Position numbers and translations under genes: made by a program. A stretch of 61,956 bases of DNA, filler included, from Sluysia triapertura (taxonomy: Eukaryota), in NCBI GenBank assembly GCA_046118255.1. It is 5 parts of 5 records of this genome, joined end to end, with 100 filler letters (N's around TTAATTAATTAA, not from the genome) between each part and the next. Parts side by side here need not be neighbours in the genome. Positions count along the whole stretch, not along the records: positions 10,902 to 21,891 come from JBJNIA010190485.1; positions 21,992 to 36,365 come from JBJNIA010261951.1; 3 more parts are not named here. One strand, 5' to 3'. The notes below the pieces were generated by a model. That model did not search any database and was not told where the DNA came from. It was given only the letters and a program-made list of their open reading frames with translations. This document shows, one piece after another, positions 10,902-24,959 of the stretch (its first letter is position 1; each line of letters begins with the position of its first letter).

Positions 10902-13900
10902 TTTTGTATAAGTTTAATTTTGATATAAAATTTTTATACAAATATAACAACACTGTTTTGTATTTTTACTTAATAGTCATTAATAATAAAACATTTTTTA
11001 ATTCTAATTATCTTAAAATAATCAACATTTGTCATAAGATTAATTTCATTCTTAATAACAAACCCCGGCCATACTTACAATAACCTCTATCACAATAATA
11101 ATTTTCCTCATAACTTCAAATTATCGTAACTCTATAAACATCACATTAAACTACGTAATATATCAAATAAAATCTTACTCTCATAATTATTTTCGTTATC
11201 ATTTTATTATTGTTAAAATCACTTTACTTTTTCTCTTTTTTGAGGGTGATTTTTATGATATTGTTCAACATAATTGAAAAACTGAATATGCAAAAACCTT
11301 TATCAATCGAGATGCTAACAAGTTATCTAATTTTTGAACTAACCACGACAGTTATGTATGTGTTTTTTACTATAATAATAAAACGTTATTAAATTATGTT
11401 TGATGCTTTTAACATTAAGTTTTGTTTTCAAAGGCATTAAGCCTGATTATGTCTTAATTTTTTAAAGTTTAATAGTTTAATTTGTTTAAGTAATTTAAAA
11501 TATGAGTTATACCTAAAAGCAAATAAAATTTTAAATAAATTTAAGTCCGCCATGTAACTCTACTTACATGTAATACTTTTAATATAAAATTTGTTCATCA
11601 ATAATTTACTTATTCATAATGAATTTTAATACTATCATATAATTAACAATAACATATAATTATATAATACATATAATTAAGAAAGAAACCAAGAAAAGTA
11701 ATTATGCTAAATCAATATATTCTTTATTAATAATGATGTTTTTAGACGCTTTGTTAGACAATTTTAAATTCCCAGGTAAACATTTACAATTATTATGTGC
11801 TGTAATAAATTTATAACTTTTACTTTAAATATTAAAATTATTCAGAGTACACTTTACTATAAGTCATACTTTTGCTTAATTAAATTATTGTGAACTCGAT
11901 CCTGATGGAAGTGCATTCTCAAATCTCAGCAATGCGGATATAATTGAATAAAGTACATAGTTAAAATTATAACATGAATTATAATGTGTCAGAGTCATCC
12001 GGAAGTCTGAATAATAGAAATAGTAATAATAATAATGAAAATAATAATGATAATTGTAATAATAATAATAATAATAATAATGATGATGATAATAATAATA
12101 ATAAATGAAAACTGGCTGAAATTAAAAGTTGATAATATAATTTGTAGCTGATAATAAGTAACTGACTAGATATTCTGAATTTATCTGAAATTAGAGATGA
12201 CAAATAATTTAAACGAAATAATCCAACCATATGTTTTCTCTGAGTTTTTTGTTGAATGAATTGAGTTTTTATCTAAAAAAAATTATGAAAATAAATTACT
12301 TGTAAAACGCACCTCATGTTAAAAGGCTGAAAATTATATAAAAGGCATAATATTTAAGAACGCACAAATAGTTAGTCTTTTGTTGGCGATAAATTTTTAG
12401 AATACAAAACAACGTTAGCAGTATTTATTGAAAGATTAATTGGACAATTTATTATTTTTAATTTTCACGTAGATTCATTTGGTGTAAGCTGCGAGATTTT
12501 TGTAATTATTCGTAAACAAGGATACTATGTTCACATTTGTTGTAATTCGTGTTCTATTTTTTTGAAGATACAACTTTGTTCACTTTTGGAAAAAACTATT
12601 TGTAAGTTAATTATATTAAGTTCTATTTCTCTTAAGGAAAATACGAACTCTACCATACGTACATCTAGTTTCGGCTAGATGTATAATTTTTGATAAAATA
12701 TATGAAACATTACTATAAGATTTTATTCTAGCAATAATATGGTTTATATTTATATTATTTGATATTTTGTTAATTTACATTTTTAGAATTAAATGTAAAT
12801 GTTAATTAAATATTAAATCTTTAGGTGCTTTGTTTTGAATTCTCTTTTATTTTAAGGAGTTAAAGTAATCAAAACGATTAAGAGAAGAGTTTATTTGATA
12901 AATATAAAGAAAGTAATTAAAGTTTTAAATTAATTTAAAAGACAACTGTAAGGCCTTGAAAAGCGTGCTGTTCCAACTATTGGCAATGACTTTATTGCAG
13001 TACCAACATAAAATATACGCAAAATTCACTTTACACATAACTTAATACACCAATAACAAATTACCAACTACAAATTTCAATACAAACTCATATATCAAAA
13101 CCATTATGATCAATTTTGTTAACACTAATAGTAATTTACCAACATCGTAGTCATGACAAGTTATTATTGATTTATTTGTTTTTTTAATTACTTTTATTAC
13201 TTTTATCCTTTTTCTATTATAGAAGTTTAATATTATCTAGATAAATATCCACTTTGGTTGGTTACAACATCAAACATTTAGTTGAAATCAAATTTTGTTG
13301 GATTGATGGTATATTTTTATTTGGAATTTTATGTGAAAAAATCGGTTTTGAAATGCAAACATTCCCATCAAATTTTTGTCAAATTAATGTGTCGAATAAA
13401 ATAAACAGTGTACATAAATGTATGTAATCTAGAGAAGCAAAACAGTTAGACCAATGGTTTCAAGTGCGTAAAATTTTGTTGAAATATATATACAGAAAAC
13501 AAGAAGTGTTTATACTAAGGAACTTTTTCATTATGATTCGAGTATTTAATATGCCTAAAAAGTGTTTGTTTACCAAATAAATCTTTGTTGATAATAGGAA
13601 TTCATTCAAGTTCATTTAAGTATTAAACATGCATTATAATTCTACAAACATGTGGATTTATCTTTCGAATTTATTAGATGAAAATTCAAGTATTATTTAT
13701 CTTGAAGCATAAACGGCGCAAGAAATTTATTAGAAAAGGAAATGATTTAATAGGGTGATTATTCACCTAAATAATGCATTAAAATTTTTGTGTATATTAC
13801 AATATTCACATAATTTGATCATATTTTGTTATAATTTAATTTGAACATTCATTAAAATATCTTGTTTTTTGGAAATTTTAAAGATCATTTGTATTTCAAG

Positions 13901-16798
13901 TTTGAATTAAAGTATACTAAATACTTATCGGTATTCTCAAGTACGAAAGGATGAAACTTTACAATGTTTAATTTTTATATTTATGTACAAATGTTTGCAT
14001 TTAAACAAGATTTTGCTTTAAAAATAAGTTAATAAATTATACTACATAATTATAGCAAATTATAGATCACATAATTATAGATCAATGTTTTAGGAAAATA
14101 TTTTAGTCGCTTATTTTCGAATGCTTATTGGCTTAGTAATGGATTTAAATTTGTAGTTTAAGAGTTTGAAAGTAACTATGAAAGAAGCGATATTCATCCT
14201 ACAAATGATATCTCACCAAATATTGAAGCTTTAAATGAATGTAAGGTGCGAAATTGTTCTAACATCCCTAAGGATTTTAAAAATATTACAAAACCTATAA
14301 ATCTTTGTTCAGAAAAGTTATCAGACATTTTGAATGATATCTGCTTTATCATAGTACGTCAACTTTAGAAAGATGTAAACTAACAGCAGTACATCCACTA
14401 AGATACTATACGCTAAAAAATTGTTAATACAAACTGAAGGTTTGTATGATAGATTAATTATTCAACAATTTATGTCAAAAGTCTTGGATGTCTTTTTGGA
14501 TCAAGCTATTTTTACAATATACTTTCAAATTAATAATCTAGCATCAAGAACAAACTGACATCGCGTATGACAGTATTATTTTTACCATGTTCATCCAATG
14601 TATGAAATTTATTATCTTTATTTATTTAATCTAACATACAAACTTTAAGTCCTTTTTAGATTATAAAACATTTAAACCTGATAAAACCAATAAAATAATT
14701 ATTTGAATAAAATAATTTAGTCAAATTATTTAAAACATGTAATAATGTAAATGTGAATCTAACTATGTTAGGAAAAAGTATAACCAACTTCATAATAGCA
14801 ATACATCATACGATTAATAATTCAATAAGGATTAGGTTAAGGTTTTAAAGATAATCAAGATTTACAGAATTCTCTATAAATTAAATGGAATTGAATTAAG
14901 GATTTAAATAAATTGAAAATACGCATACAAAACCTTATGGATATGTCGCCTTACGCATAAATCGTAGAACCCTAAGTGATAACATATTTGCGCAGTTAAG
15001 AAAATAAATTAAAGTTCATATAAAAAATAGTACAGTATAGAAATGCATTGTCAAAACGATAATTATAATTAACTAGAAAACTTGCTTTGAAACCACAGTA
15101 TAGGATCGAATAAATGTTAATTGTAGAATATTGAATGAAAGAGGAAGATTCTATCCGCTAGAAATTGAATAGTTATTGGAAAACTGTAACTGTGGATTGA
15201 ACATTATTATATTATATTATAACACTTAAGAAAACTGTTCATAAAATTAATTTAATAACAAAAATTTTAAAAATCTTATTAAGAGAATTTTGTTGCGTGA
15301 ATTTTGTTAATATAACGTGAGAAGTAATTTTTCTTTCTTAATTGTGAATATTATAGAGAGGGAATAAATACATGAACTCATTTATAAATTGCATTTCATC
15401 TCTATTGAACAGTAGACTAGCCAAAAGTCCTTATGAAAAAGTATAATTAAAATAAATTAAAATTTGAATAAACTTTTCAATGCAAAACAGTGTTGTAAAT
15501 TAAGATAAGGTGAGTAAAATATATTCTTACACTTTCATGTACATTCTTTTAATGGTAATATATTGGTTTGCATTTGTTTTATTTCTATTTTAATAAAATT
15601 ATAAGTAGCCTTCAATTGCTAATTAAGTGCAGCAAGTTCCAATGTACGTTTCTTATATTCTGTTTTTGATTATTTCTTTAACCCAAAATATTTTACGATA
15701 GTTTTTTAAGCTTCTGAAGTGTATTGCTTTTAGTTAAAATTTTATTTTAATATTAAGGTGTTTTAAAAATTATATTTTTGTTAATTTACTACTCTCTATC
15801 CAGAAATAAGTGTCTGATTTTTTTAAAAATTATTTTTTAAAAATTATAAAAATAAATCAATCCAAAAAAATATAAAAATATATATTTTATTGAAACTTAA
15901 CTACAAACTTTTGGGAGCCACTTGAGTAATTTAACTGAATTGATTCTGTCTTTTACACGTTTAAATTTATAGAATTTGGAAGCTTATCAAGTCTTTACAA
16001 ATGATGCACTTTAGAGTTGTTAACTCCATTTACTTTCATGGTGAGAAAGAAAAACCTTATTCAAAGTATCAAAATTCACTTCAACAACATGTTTACAGTT
16101 TGTTTACAGTTTTGCAAGTCAATTGTTGCTGTCCAAAACTTCACCTGTCAAAAGTGTTTTCAAAGTGGCAGCTAACTTTTAACAGCAAAGGCGCTTTTTC
16201 TTAATTTTTGACAAAAATCGAAATCTGGACTGAAGGAGTATAAAATTGTAATTTTTTATTCTCACAATACTATAGAGTTGGATAAATACTTATTAAAAAT
16301 AAATATTTACAAAACAATCAAAGTACGTTTTCATGTGCTCGCAGATTATAAGAAATAGAATTTATTATCCAAGTAAATTTAGGCAAAGAAAGTTAATTAA
16401 TAATTTCACAAAAAACATACGACCATGCATATGATTTTGTTTCAGATCAATATTAGTATACTATAACTTAAAGTGCTCTTATAATTTAATTGAAACAATT
16501 ATATGTTAGAAACTCATTAATAATCATCTTAGCTTTTCACAAAATAATACATAACATAAAACAATAAGACTGCTTCAGCATAAATGATTAAAAATTTGGT
16601 GCACGAGTATTTTAATGATTGTTTTGGTATAGTACTGAAATAAAATGTATCATTTATTTGAAAAAGATGCTTGTTTTAACAAGTAACACTTAATTTTTTG
16701 ACTTTTACTTATTACAAAAAAGAATGTTTCAGTTAAACATAAAATAGTTACTTTAAAATAGTCCACTTTTAGTAATTTTTAGTTATTGTTTCAACTGA

Positions 16799-16800
<2 letters not shown>

Positions 16801-16857
<57 letters not shown>
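16801..16857. repeat. (AAT)n microsatellite
   Basis: Perfect trinucleotide run. Confidence 0.95.
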
Positions 16858-16859
<2 letters not shown>

Positions 16860-16951
16860 TAATGTGAGAAAAATGAAAACCAATATTCTAACTAACTAGG
16901 ATTAATAAACTAGTCAATACATATCTACGTGTAATATATAATAGTATTTAA

Positions 16952-16996
16952 AACATTCCCTGCCAACTGCGGGTTATCTCGTAGGCAGCGAACGTG
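16952..16996. mobile_element. 45-bp TTAA-flanked piggyBac-type mini element
   Basis: TTAA|AACATTCCCTGCC ... GGCAGCGAACGTG|CTAA; termini match 10/13 as inverted repeats. Confidence 0.5.
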
Positions 16997-17324
16997 CTAA
17001 CTATAGTTCAAGTCATACTATAAATTTGTGCTTTATTTTGATTTTATTTTCAATAAACTTTATGTTTTGCTTTATATTTTTGAATTATATCTTTATATCT
17101 TTTGAATTATATTAATATTTAATTTATCGTAACTTTTGACTCCAAGGTACGATGGATAATTTATATTTTATGTAAATCAAGTTGGTTTATGACTTTGTTG
17201 GTTAAAATAATTCGAATTATGAATTCACTAACTAACCAATGAACAAGATTAATGTAAACAATTAGTTCAAAACAATTACAAATATATTTAAAGGAGACTA
17301 CAATTAAAAATGAAGATTTTGCTA

Positions 17325-17378
17325 TTATTAATATTATTATTACTTTTATTACTTTTATTATTATCATTATTATTATTA

Positions 17379-17435
<57 letters not shown>
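17325..17435. repeat. (ATT)n microsatellite
   Basis: Trinucleotide run; source of the spurious poly-L and poly-I ORFs. Confidence 0.95.
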
Positions 17436-17436
<1 letters not shown>

Positions 17437-18330
17437 AAAATTATTTAAAGGTATTAAAAATCTTTTGGAAAATAAACAATAAATTTAGATTCTTTTGTGT
17501 AAAATATGAGATCGGATATTTGTTATCAAATATGGTAAGTAGTTATACAATTGCACAATATTACGATATGAACTTGATACGATTAAGATAAGCTAAATTT
17601 TACGAAAATCAGAGACAAACGTTTGATCATGTATAGATTTTTCAAACCATAACTATTTTCATTAAAGTGCAAAAATTTACATATTGTAAAAATGTTATCG
17701 AAGTTTTCTGAATTTAAATATAAAACATACATTTAATGTTTTAGGTTAAATATTCTTTGAACAAATTTAGTTTTTTTAAAAATACAGTCAAACCTATTTT
17801 TATGCGGGGGATAGGGACCGTACAAAAATATGCCGAAACTTCGAAAATAGCTTCTAATATTTTGTTTTGCAAAACAATCAGAAAAGTCGCACAAAAACAG
17901 AATTAATTGCTTTTTATCTTAAGATTGTTCTTACAACCATGTTTTAGTGGGAAATCCATAGATTTAGCATTTTTAAAACAAAAATTGAGAAATAATGCTT
18001 AAAAATCATACTTAAAATTGTACAAAATGTTTGTTTGATGTGATTCTTCTATATGACAAAATTTTATGAACAAAATGATTTTGACAATCAAACGTTCATC
18101 ATAATTAAAGATACTTTTTTAACGTTGATGATTTCCAGATGCTTATGCTATCACTTAACTTCCCTTCAGATCAGTAGTTTTCTTTAGATAAAATAGCACT
18201 TTTTATACTATTGATTTTGATATTTTCTATTGCAATTCAAAAATTTATGTGCATTTATATTGATTTAAAAAATAGTTTTCTACTTTTAAAAAATATTAAA
18301 TATTTATAAAACCACGCATTTTATATTTAG

Positions 18331-18414
18331 AATTCTATTGGTAGTTTAGTTTTACCAAGAAACCAAACTGATGAATGGCCAGGCAGTCAACAGCCAACGA
18401 ATTTTATGGATTTT
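18331..18414 (+). CDS. Candidate isolated 84-nt symmetric exon (NSIGSLVLPRNQTDEWPGSQQPTNFMDF), gene unknown, possibly DNAI1
   Basis: T-rich tract plus AG acceptor, GTAAGT donor, 28 open codons, locally raised GC. Confidence 0.45.
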
Positions 18415-18673
18415 GTAAGTAAATTTTTGAATGCACAGATGATATTTAATTCATGATAGTAAATTAAAAATTTATTCTTGTTTTAGAATTTTAGTAATTT
18501 TATTGCAATAAATGTGCTAACTATTTTATTCGAACAAAGGCTTGAAATTTTATGAGTGTCGCTAATTTGTAACTTAATTTACTACTATAAAACTGTCACA
18601 CGTGCTTAATTGACATATAATGACTTTCAAGTATCATTTGTAGCGAGTTCTTTTAATTTGTTTCGGTATAGAT

Positions 18674-18745
18674 CAGTGGTGTCAAACCTTTTTGCTTTAC
18701 GGGCCGCATGATTTGCCTCCGCGGGCCGCCACTTTGACACCACTG
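18674..18745. mobile_element. 72-bp hAT-type MITE
   Basis: Perfect 13-bp TIRs CAGTGGTGTCAAA / TTTGACACCACTG; 8-bp TSD GTATAGAT / GAATAGAT; internal GGGCCGC repeats. Confidence 0.85.
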
Positions 18746-20051
18746 GAATAGATGGTAATTAATTTAATTTTTCTTTATTTGAAACTTTAAAAGAAAATTT
18801 TAAATTTTTATTGCGCAAAATCAAAGACGAGTTAGAATCACAACTTTTCAGATTGAGACTGTTTACATTAATGTTTTAAAGTTATTTGAGATTAGTCCAA
18901 AGTATTGCAACAGTTTAAGTGATTTATAAAGTTTTTATTTACCTAAAGTTTACAAATAATTTTAAAGTAAAATTTATTAATCATTAGTATAGTTATTAGA
19001 CTAAGTTTTAAAGATTGTAAGTTAAAATAATGAACAGTATGTATCTATTAAGGTAAGTAAATTTAAGGTAATAGAGTTTCTGCATTTTATTTAAATAAAA
19101 TTAAGGTAAAATAATTTTTGCAAATTTAACCATTCGGCAGAAAAATAAATTGGTAGGTTGACATCACAACCCTATAAATTAATTTAAAATGTCTTAATAA
19201 CATTTAAAAATTATTTAAAATCATTTAAAAATCAATTAAAATCATATAAAATGCTTTAAAACTATTTATAAACATTTAAAATCACTTTAAAAAATAAATT
19301 ATTTTTCGAACAAAGAAAATAAAGTTTCGAAAAAGAAAAATCGCTTGTAAAATTTAATAGAAGCTTCTAGAATGTTCTAGAACCAGCATCATTTTAATGA
19401 AAATCGCCATTTTGAAATATCAGTTTAATTTGATATGAAGCGTCTTTGTTCCAGGAATTTTAGTAACAGTTCGCAATTCGCAGTATATCAAAAAATTCGA
19501 AAATATCTACTGGACAACAGCAAATCAATCCATTGATAAATTATATATTTATAAGGTCAATTTCAACTTTAGAAGTTGAAATTTTAAAATCCACTTAAAT
19601 TTCTAATTATTTGTAAACTTTTTAAGTCCTCGATATATTGAGGGTTGATATCAATTTAAAATATTTGAGTATTAGATTAAACGCTCTCTGAGATTTAATC
19701 CATAAAATACTTATTTTTATATTCTTTTGTTAGAATTTTGTATTTTATAAATAAAATTAACGTTTTTGCATTATTTAAAAGTTTAAGCATAAATTATTAA
19801 AGTTAAGACCTTAGCCTCACAGCATTTACATTTAGATAAATTATTAACTCACGTAGTTACAGAAACTCCCTCTTCATTATTTAAGACGTTTACTGTAACA
19901 GGACCCTGCTCTAAAATATTTTGCCGTAGATTGAGTTAGAAAAACTACAGCAAAATAAAAAAATTTTTAACTAAAACAAATCATTTTCAATTATTTGATA
20001 ATATTCAAATTATAACAGATTCTCGCATAATAATATTAATATTAATAACAG

Positions 20052-21184
20052 AGATCCGCTGTTGACTTTCGATCTCGGATCGATTGTTTCCGACATAGCA
20101 TGGGCTCCTTATTCGAGTACGGTCATAGCAGTAGTAACCTGGGATAGAAAAGTTCGCGTATACGACTTAATGATAAATAAATTGGAACCATTGGTGTGTC
20201 AAATTATTGGATCAGATAAATACAAATCTCCTTTGACTCAACTGGCTTTCAGCAATACATATTTTGTATTGGTCTGTGGAGATATGAGGTTTGAATTCCT
20301 TGGTATAACAAAACAAAATTATTCAAAATAGGTTATATAAATTATTAAATTATTTAATTTAGTTATATTTTGTTTAAAAATAAGATAATTCAATTAAAAC
20401 AGTTAATTTTAATGGAATATTTGGTGGTCATTTATTTATTTAATTGTTTTTATAAATTGAACGAAAATAAATAACATTATACTTTTTTGTTTAAAATAAG
20501 CTATTACATAATTTTCTAATATATTATTTATAAAATACATAAAATAAATACTTTATGAATTTATATAACGACAGGCACTTTATGCTGTACATTTTCATTA
20601 TATCTGGGAGTTGCGTCCATTAGCATATAAATAAAATAGGTATAACTCTGTGATATATTAAACGTAAATAAATTTCAGAATAAACCATGGTATCAAAATG
20701 TTTTTGTTTCAAGAAAATTTACACAAGTTACCTGAATCGCTGCAGGGTTCTCACTATTCACTTGATGGCTCCAGTGGACTATTTCTTATATATACATCTG
20801 CCGATGTTTTGAAGAAGTTTTATAAATATAATTTTATAACTATAAATTAAGAAATCCAATTTTCTTTCTATGTATTCAAATATTTACTCTCAAATCATTT
20901 TATTAATCATTGATTTTATTAATTAAATAATCCTAATAATTTAAAAATTATTTAAAAATAACAAAAATAGCAGAATTAATTTAAGAAAGTTTTATAAAAT
21001 TAGTGATTTTAGTATTTGAAAATAGTCACTTTAAAATCATTCATTGTATTATCTATTCAGAGGAAAAGTTCACTCTTTAAAATTATCTCCGAATTTGAGA
21101 AAAATGCCACAAATTCGACGAGGAGAACAATTCAATATGGAAGAATATCAAATGAATAAGTTAGAAAAAATTCTTCAAGTATAA
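20052..21184 (+). CDS. DNAI1: Axonemal dynein intermediate chain 1-like, last two exons (20052-20288, 21061-21184)
   Basis: Spliced translation DPLLTFDLGSIVSDIAWAPYSSTVIAVVT...VCGDMR/GKVHSLKLSPNLRKMP...NKLEKILQV* matches the DNAI1 C-terminal motifs VAWAPYSSTVFAAVT and LKLSPNLRK. The GT-AG intron preserves frame. Confidence 0.9.
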
Positions 21185-21891
21185 AACAAAAAAGAAATAT
21201 TTCAAAAACTGTTTAATGTATACAATGATAATAAAATATTTGTTGTTTTTAAATTTAAATTTAAATTCTGTTTCTTCAACTATTATTTCATTAGCCCTAT
21301 TTTAAAATTTAATATTATGATGCGCTCATTAAATTTATTAATTATTCAATAACCTTCAATATTATTTATTAACCTTCAATAGATTGTGAAATTAAGCGTT
21401 TGATGCTACGATTATTTGTAGAAGTTTACTTTTTTAACCATTTCGAGGCGGACTTTTTAAGGAGAAATTTTTCAATAAAATATTTAATTTAAGTTATTAA
21501 AAGTATTTAAGAGTGTAATACTCTTTAAAACAAGGGTTTGTACACAACCCAACGTTGCACTGTATATTCTTCTTTTTTCTCTTCTATTCGTGCGGCTGCA
21601 TAAAACCTTTTGTCTACATTGAAGTTATGATGGAAAGTGTGGATAAAATGTATTTTATATAGATATGTAAGACGAAAAATGAAGTTCACTCAAATCAACA
21701 TTTTATTTGTAAAGATGTACATAATTTTGTAGTTTTTATTTTTATTTTTTGATTTTTTAAAGTGTAAAAAATAATATAAAATTTATTTAAAATTATGTAT
21801 TATAAAAAATTATCAATTTAATTATATTAAAATAAAAATTATTATTATTATAAATTAAAAAATGGCATAAAGGAAACTTCTAGAAAGAAGT

Positions 21892-21991
21892 NNNNNNNNN
21901 NNNNNNNNNNNNNNNNNNNNNNNNNNNNNNNNNNNTTAATTAATTAANNNNNNNNNNNNNNNNNNNNNNNNNNNNNNNNNNNNNNNNNNNN
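21892..21991. other. Artificial scaffold spacer
   Basis: N44-TTAATTAATTAA-N44. Confidence 0.97.
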
Positions 21992-22601
21992 AATAATTAT
22001 CAAATAATAAAATGAATAATCACCGAATCCATTAAAATATCATTTAAAGTCGTATCAGATTGTGCCAAGCCAAATCCAACAAAATTAATCGTTTATTTCT
22101 TGATCCAAAAATTTTCTTGACAACTTTAAAATGCTGAATCCTTGATAACTTTAACTATTAAAAACTCTTGATAACTTTAGATGCTAAATACTAAATTGTA
22201 AATTGTATATTGTGTTACTCTTGTTCTGCCCTTTATTTATACTAATGTAAATGATTTAATAATAATTTTCCGAAAAATTAATGTTTTCCTAAAATAATTA
22301 AAATAATTTACCGAAATAATCTTTTTTGTTACTAATAATAGATTTGCTTTATCCAAGTAATTAATTTGTTTTGTTTTAAATAATTTCTTTATTCTTATAA
22401 ATAATTTGTTTCGATTAAACAATTTTTTAAAATTATTTAATTTTATTTAATTTTTTATTTTGTACTTTTTATTTAATTATAATAATAATAATATTAATGA
22501 CATAAATATAAAAACATTATAATAAAAACATAAACACATAAATATAAAAACATTGTTTAATTTATTTTACACTTTTACAACTATAATAAAATAAAATCGT
22601 T

Positions 22602-22680
22602 AGACGCGGCTCATAGCTAGAGAAGAGCATTAGAACTGCGCAGCGAAGGTCCCAGGTTCGATCCCCGGTCAGTCCATTTT
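22602..22680 (+). pseudogene. tRNA pseudogene or tRNA-derived SINE head
   Basis: A-box-like TAGCTAGAGAAGAGC, intact B-box/T-arm CCAGGTTCGATCCCCGG, ends CCA then TTTT. The acceptor and anticodon stems are broken. Confidence 0.7.
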
Positions 22681-24959
22681 ACGAAGTCTAACATACAAAG
22701 TGTTGGGAGTGTTCAATTATGAATGAGGATATGAGTGAGAAACATATATAACTATAAAATGAAGGAAGAACAAATTGATGGATTGAACACTATAAACATT
22801 GTTGGAATAATAATCATGAAAGTTAAAACATCTATAATAATGTTAACAGCTAAAGAATACATTCGAGTTCCAAAGACATATATAAGGGTTTGGGATCTTA
22901 TGGAGGCTTGAAATGAACTTGGAAAACCTTAGAGCATGAGAACATTGAGATCATCTGAGACTTCATTAACCTTTAAGTACTGTTGAAACCTTAATAAGCA
23001 TTTAAGATATTTTAATAACATTACAAAGTAGTTGAAATCTTTGTTACTAATATTAAAAATAAATCTGATATAATATTAAGTACCATAAAAAGTAGAAACA
23101 GGAATCAGAGGTGAAGATGATAACATTTAGGGCCTCCTGAATGTCTTAAAAACCACTAAATAACTTTAGGACCTTAGTAAAACCTTTAAACATAAAATAA
23201 GATTAAGTCTAAAAATAGATTGATTAATTAAAATCTTAATTAACTTAATTAAGAAAAAGTACATTTTTGTAAATAAATTTTGAATGCGGAATGCTATGTT
23301 AAATTCGAAACTGTGTATGTATTTATTTTGAAAAAACCTTTCGATGAAGATATGGTTTGACCAAGTTCGTACAAAAAAAGCCTTAATATTGAGCAAAGTC
23401 AAATTTTAATTAATTCTTAATTATGGGATGTTGAATTATTAATACTTCGAATGATGAAATTGAATTGAATATGAGAAGATCGCCATGAAAGAGGAGAATC
23501 TAAAATTGATTTTGGAATGTTTGTAGAATGGTTCGTTTGAGAATAAGAACCTTGAAACATTTTTTATTAGAAAATTGGGTTTGAAAACACAGAAATCAAT
23601 TAAATTCTGAAAACTAAAATTAAATTACTTATTTTTTATGTATGTTAACAATAATAATGATTATTATATTAATGTGAGAATTAATTTAAGTAAAGGAAAA
23701 TAATAGATAATCGTAAATCAAATTTTTGTTTTCTGCATATAATAAAGTTTGACAGTCTGTACCATGTAAGTGTCAAAGTTATTATTGTCGGGTTAATTCT
23801 CAAAGAATGTTGCAGTGATATGTTTGAGTAAATGTTTAATCACAAAATTGAAAATTATTAGATTATGATAAAATATTAAAAGGAAAACTTAAGAATTTTA
23901 TTTCACAACGCAACAACAATTACAATGACATTACAACAATAATAACAATTAGTAATGCAAATAAGAAGATCCATGCTTTATGTAACTTTTGAATTAATTG
24001 AAAATAATATTATTTTTTGGAGGATTTTATTAAAATAGTTTTTTGTTCTTGTGTTGTGTTGGAAAATTTATATTTGATAATCGTGAAAAATAGTTAATAT
24101 TTTCTTAGTGTTGCATTACCTCTGGTTTCATTTGATAGATTGTTATATCTGCTAGTGTTTTTCTTAAACTTAAATCTATGCACTGCAAATTATCTGAGAA
24201 GTCGTTTCGCCTAATATATACGCTTTACACCACTATTGGAGACGTACTATTAGGTTTTCTTAACTATTAACTTGACTTTTAATTAATTAATTCTACAACC
24301 CTTTATTAGGTGTTGTTCAAATATAGCTTTTATATTTTATAAATTACACAACCCATATTAAGGTGTTGCTTTAGCCAAAATGAATTTTAAATTAATAAAA
24401 CAAAAATTACTTAAATAACGTTAAGTATTTATTATAAACAACTTATAAAACAAAATGTCTTACAAAAGGTATATTACCACTTACAAAAACAACGTCAATT
24501 AACTTATAAAACAAATATAATAATAATATTGATTTTTTGAAGTTTTAGTCAACCTCGGTTGCTAAACTATTCGATTTTAAAAATGTGTTGCACAACCCGT
24601 GTGTAAATTTAAAAGATCAAGATCGTAAATTTTAAACAAATTTAAAGAATTAATTAATTAATTTAATTTAGATAAAAAATTATAATTAAAAAGTGCAAGA
24701 GATAAAAAAATTACATTTAATTGTTAGATAAAAATCTTTAGAAAACTTATAGATAAAAATCTTTATTTTAATAATTATAGATAAAAAATTACGCGTACAT
24801 TATTAGATAAAAAATTTTACTTTGTACTAAAATTTAATTATTAATTTTGAAAATTTGATCTTTTAATATTATCAATATTTTAGTGATAAAAAAGACACAT
24901 ATAAATAGCTGAACATTTTTGTTAAACAACACAATAGTTAAAGACAAATTTTTTTAAAA

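Noticed and set aside
13200-14600. Coding-like blocks with Cys/Trp residues
   Set aside because: Multiple stops in all frames and no recognisable family; cannot support a call.
17161-17591. Poly-Leu/Ile/Asn ORFs (also 11979, 33931, 39906 and 42067-42625)
   Set aside because: Products of AAT/ATT microsatellites and N gaps.
18325-18410. Hammerhead-ribozyme-like CTGATGA...stem...GAA
   Set aside because: The core reads GAAT rather than GAAA and stem I does not abut a cleavage triplet. The region is better explained as an AG/GT-bounded open exon.
22602-22676. Functional tRNA gene
   Set aside because: The acceptor and anticodon stems do not pair; no isotype can be assigned reliably.
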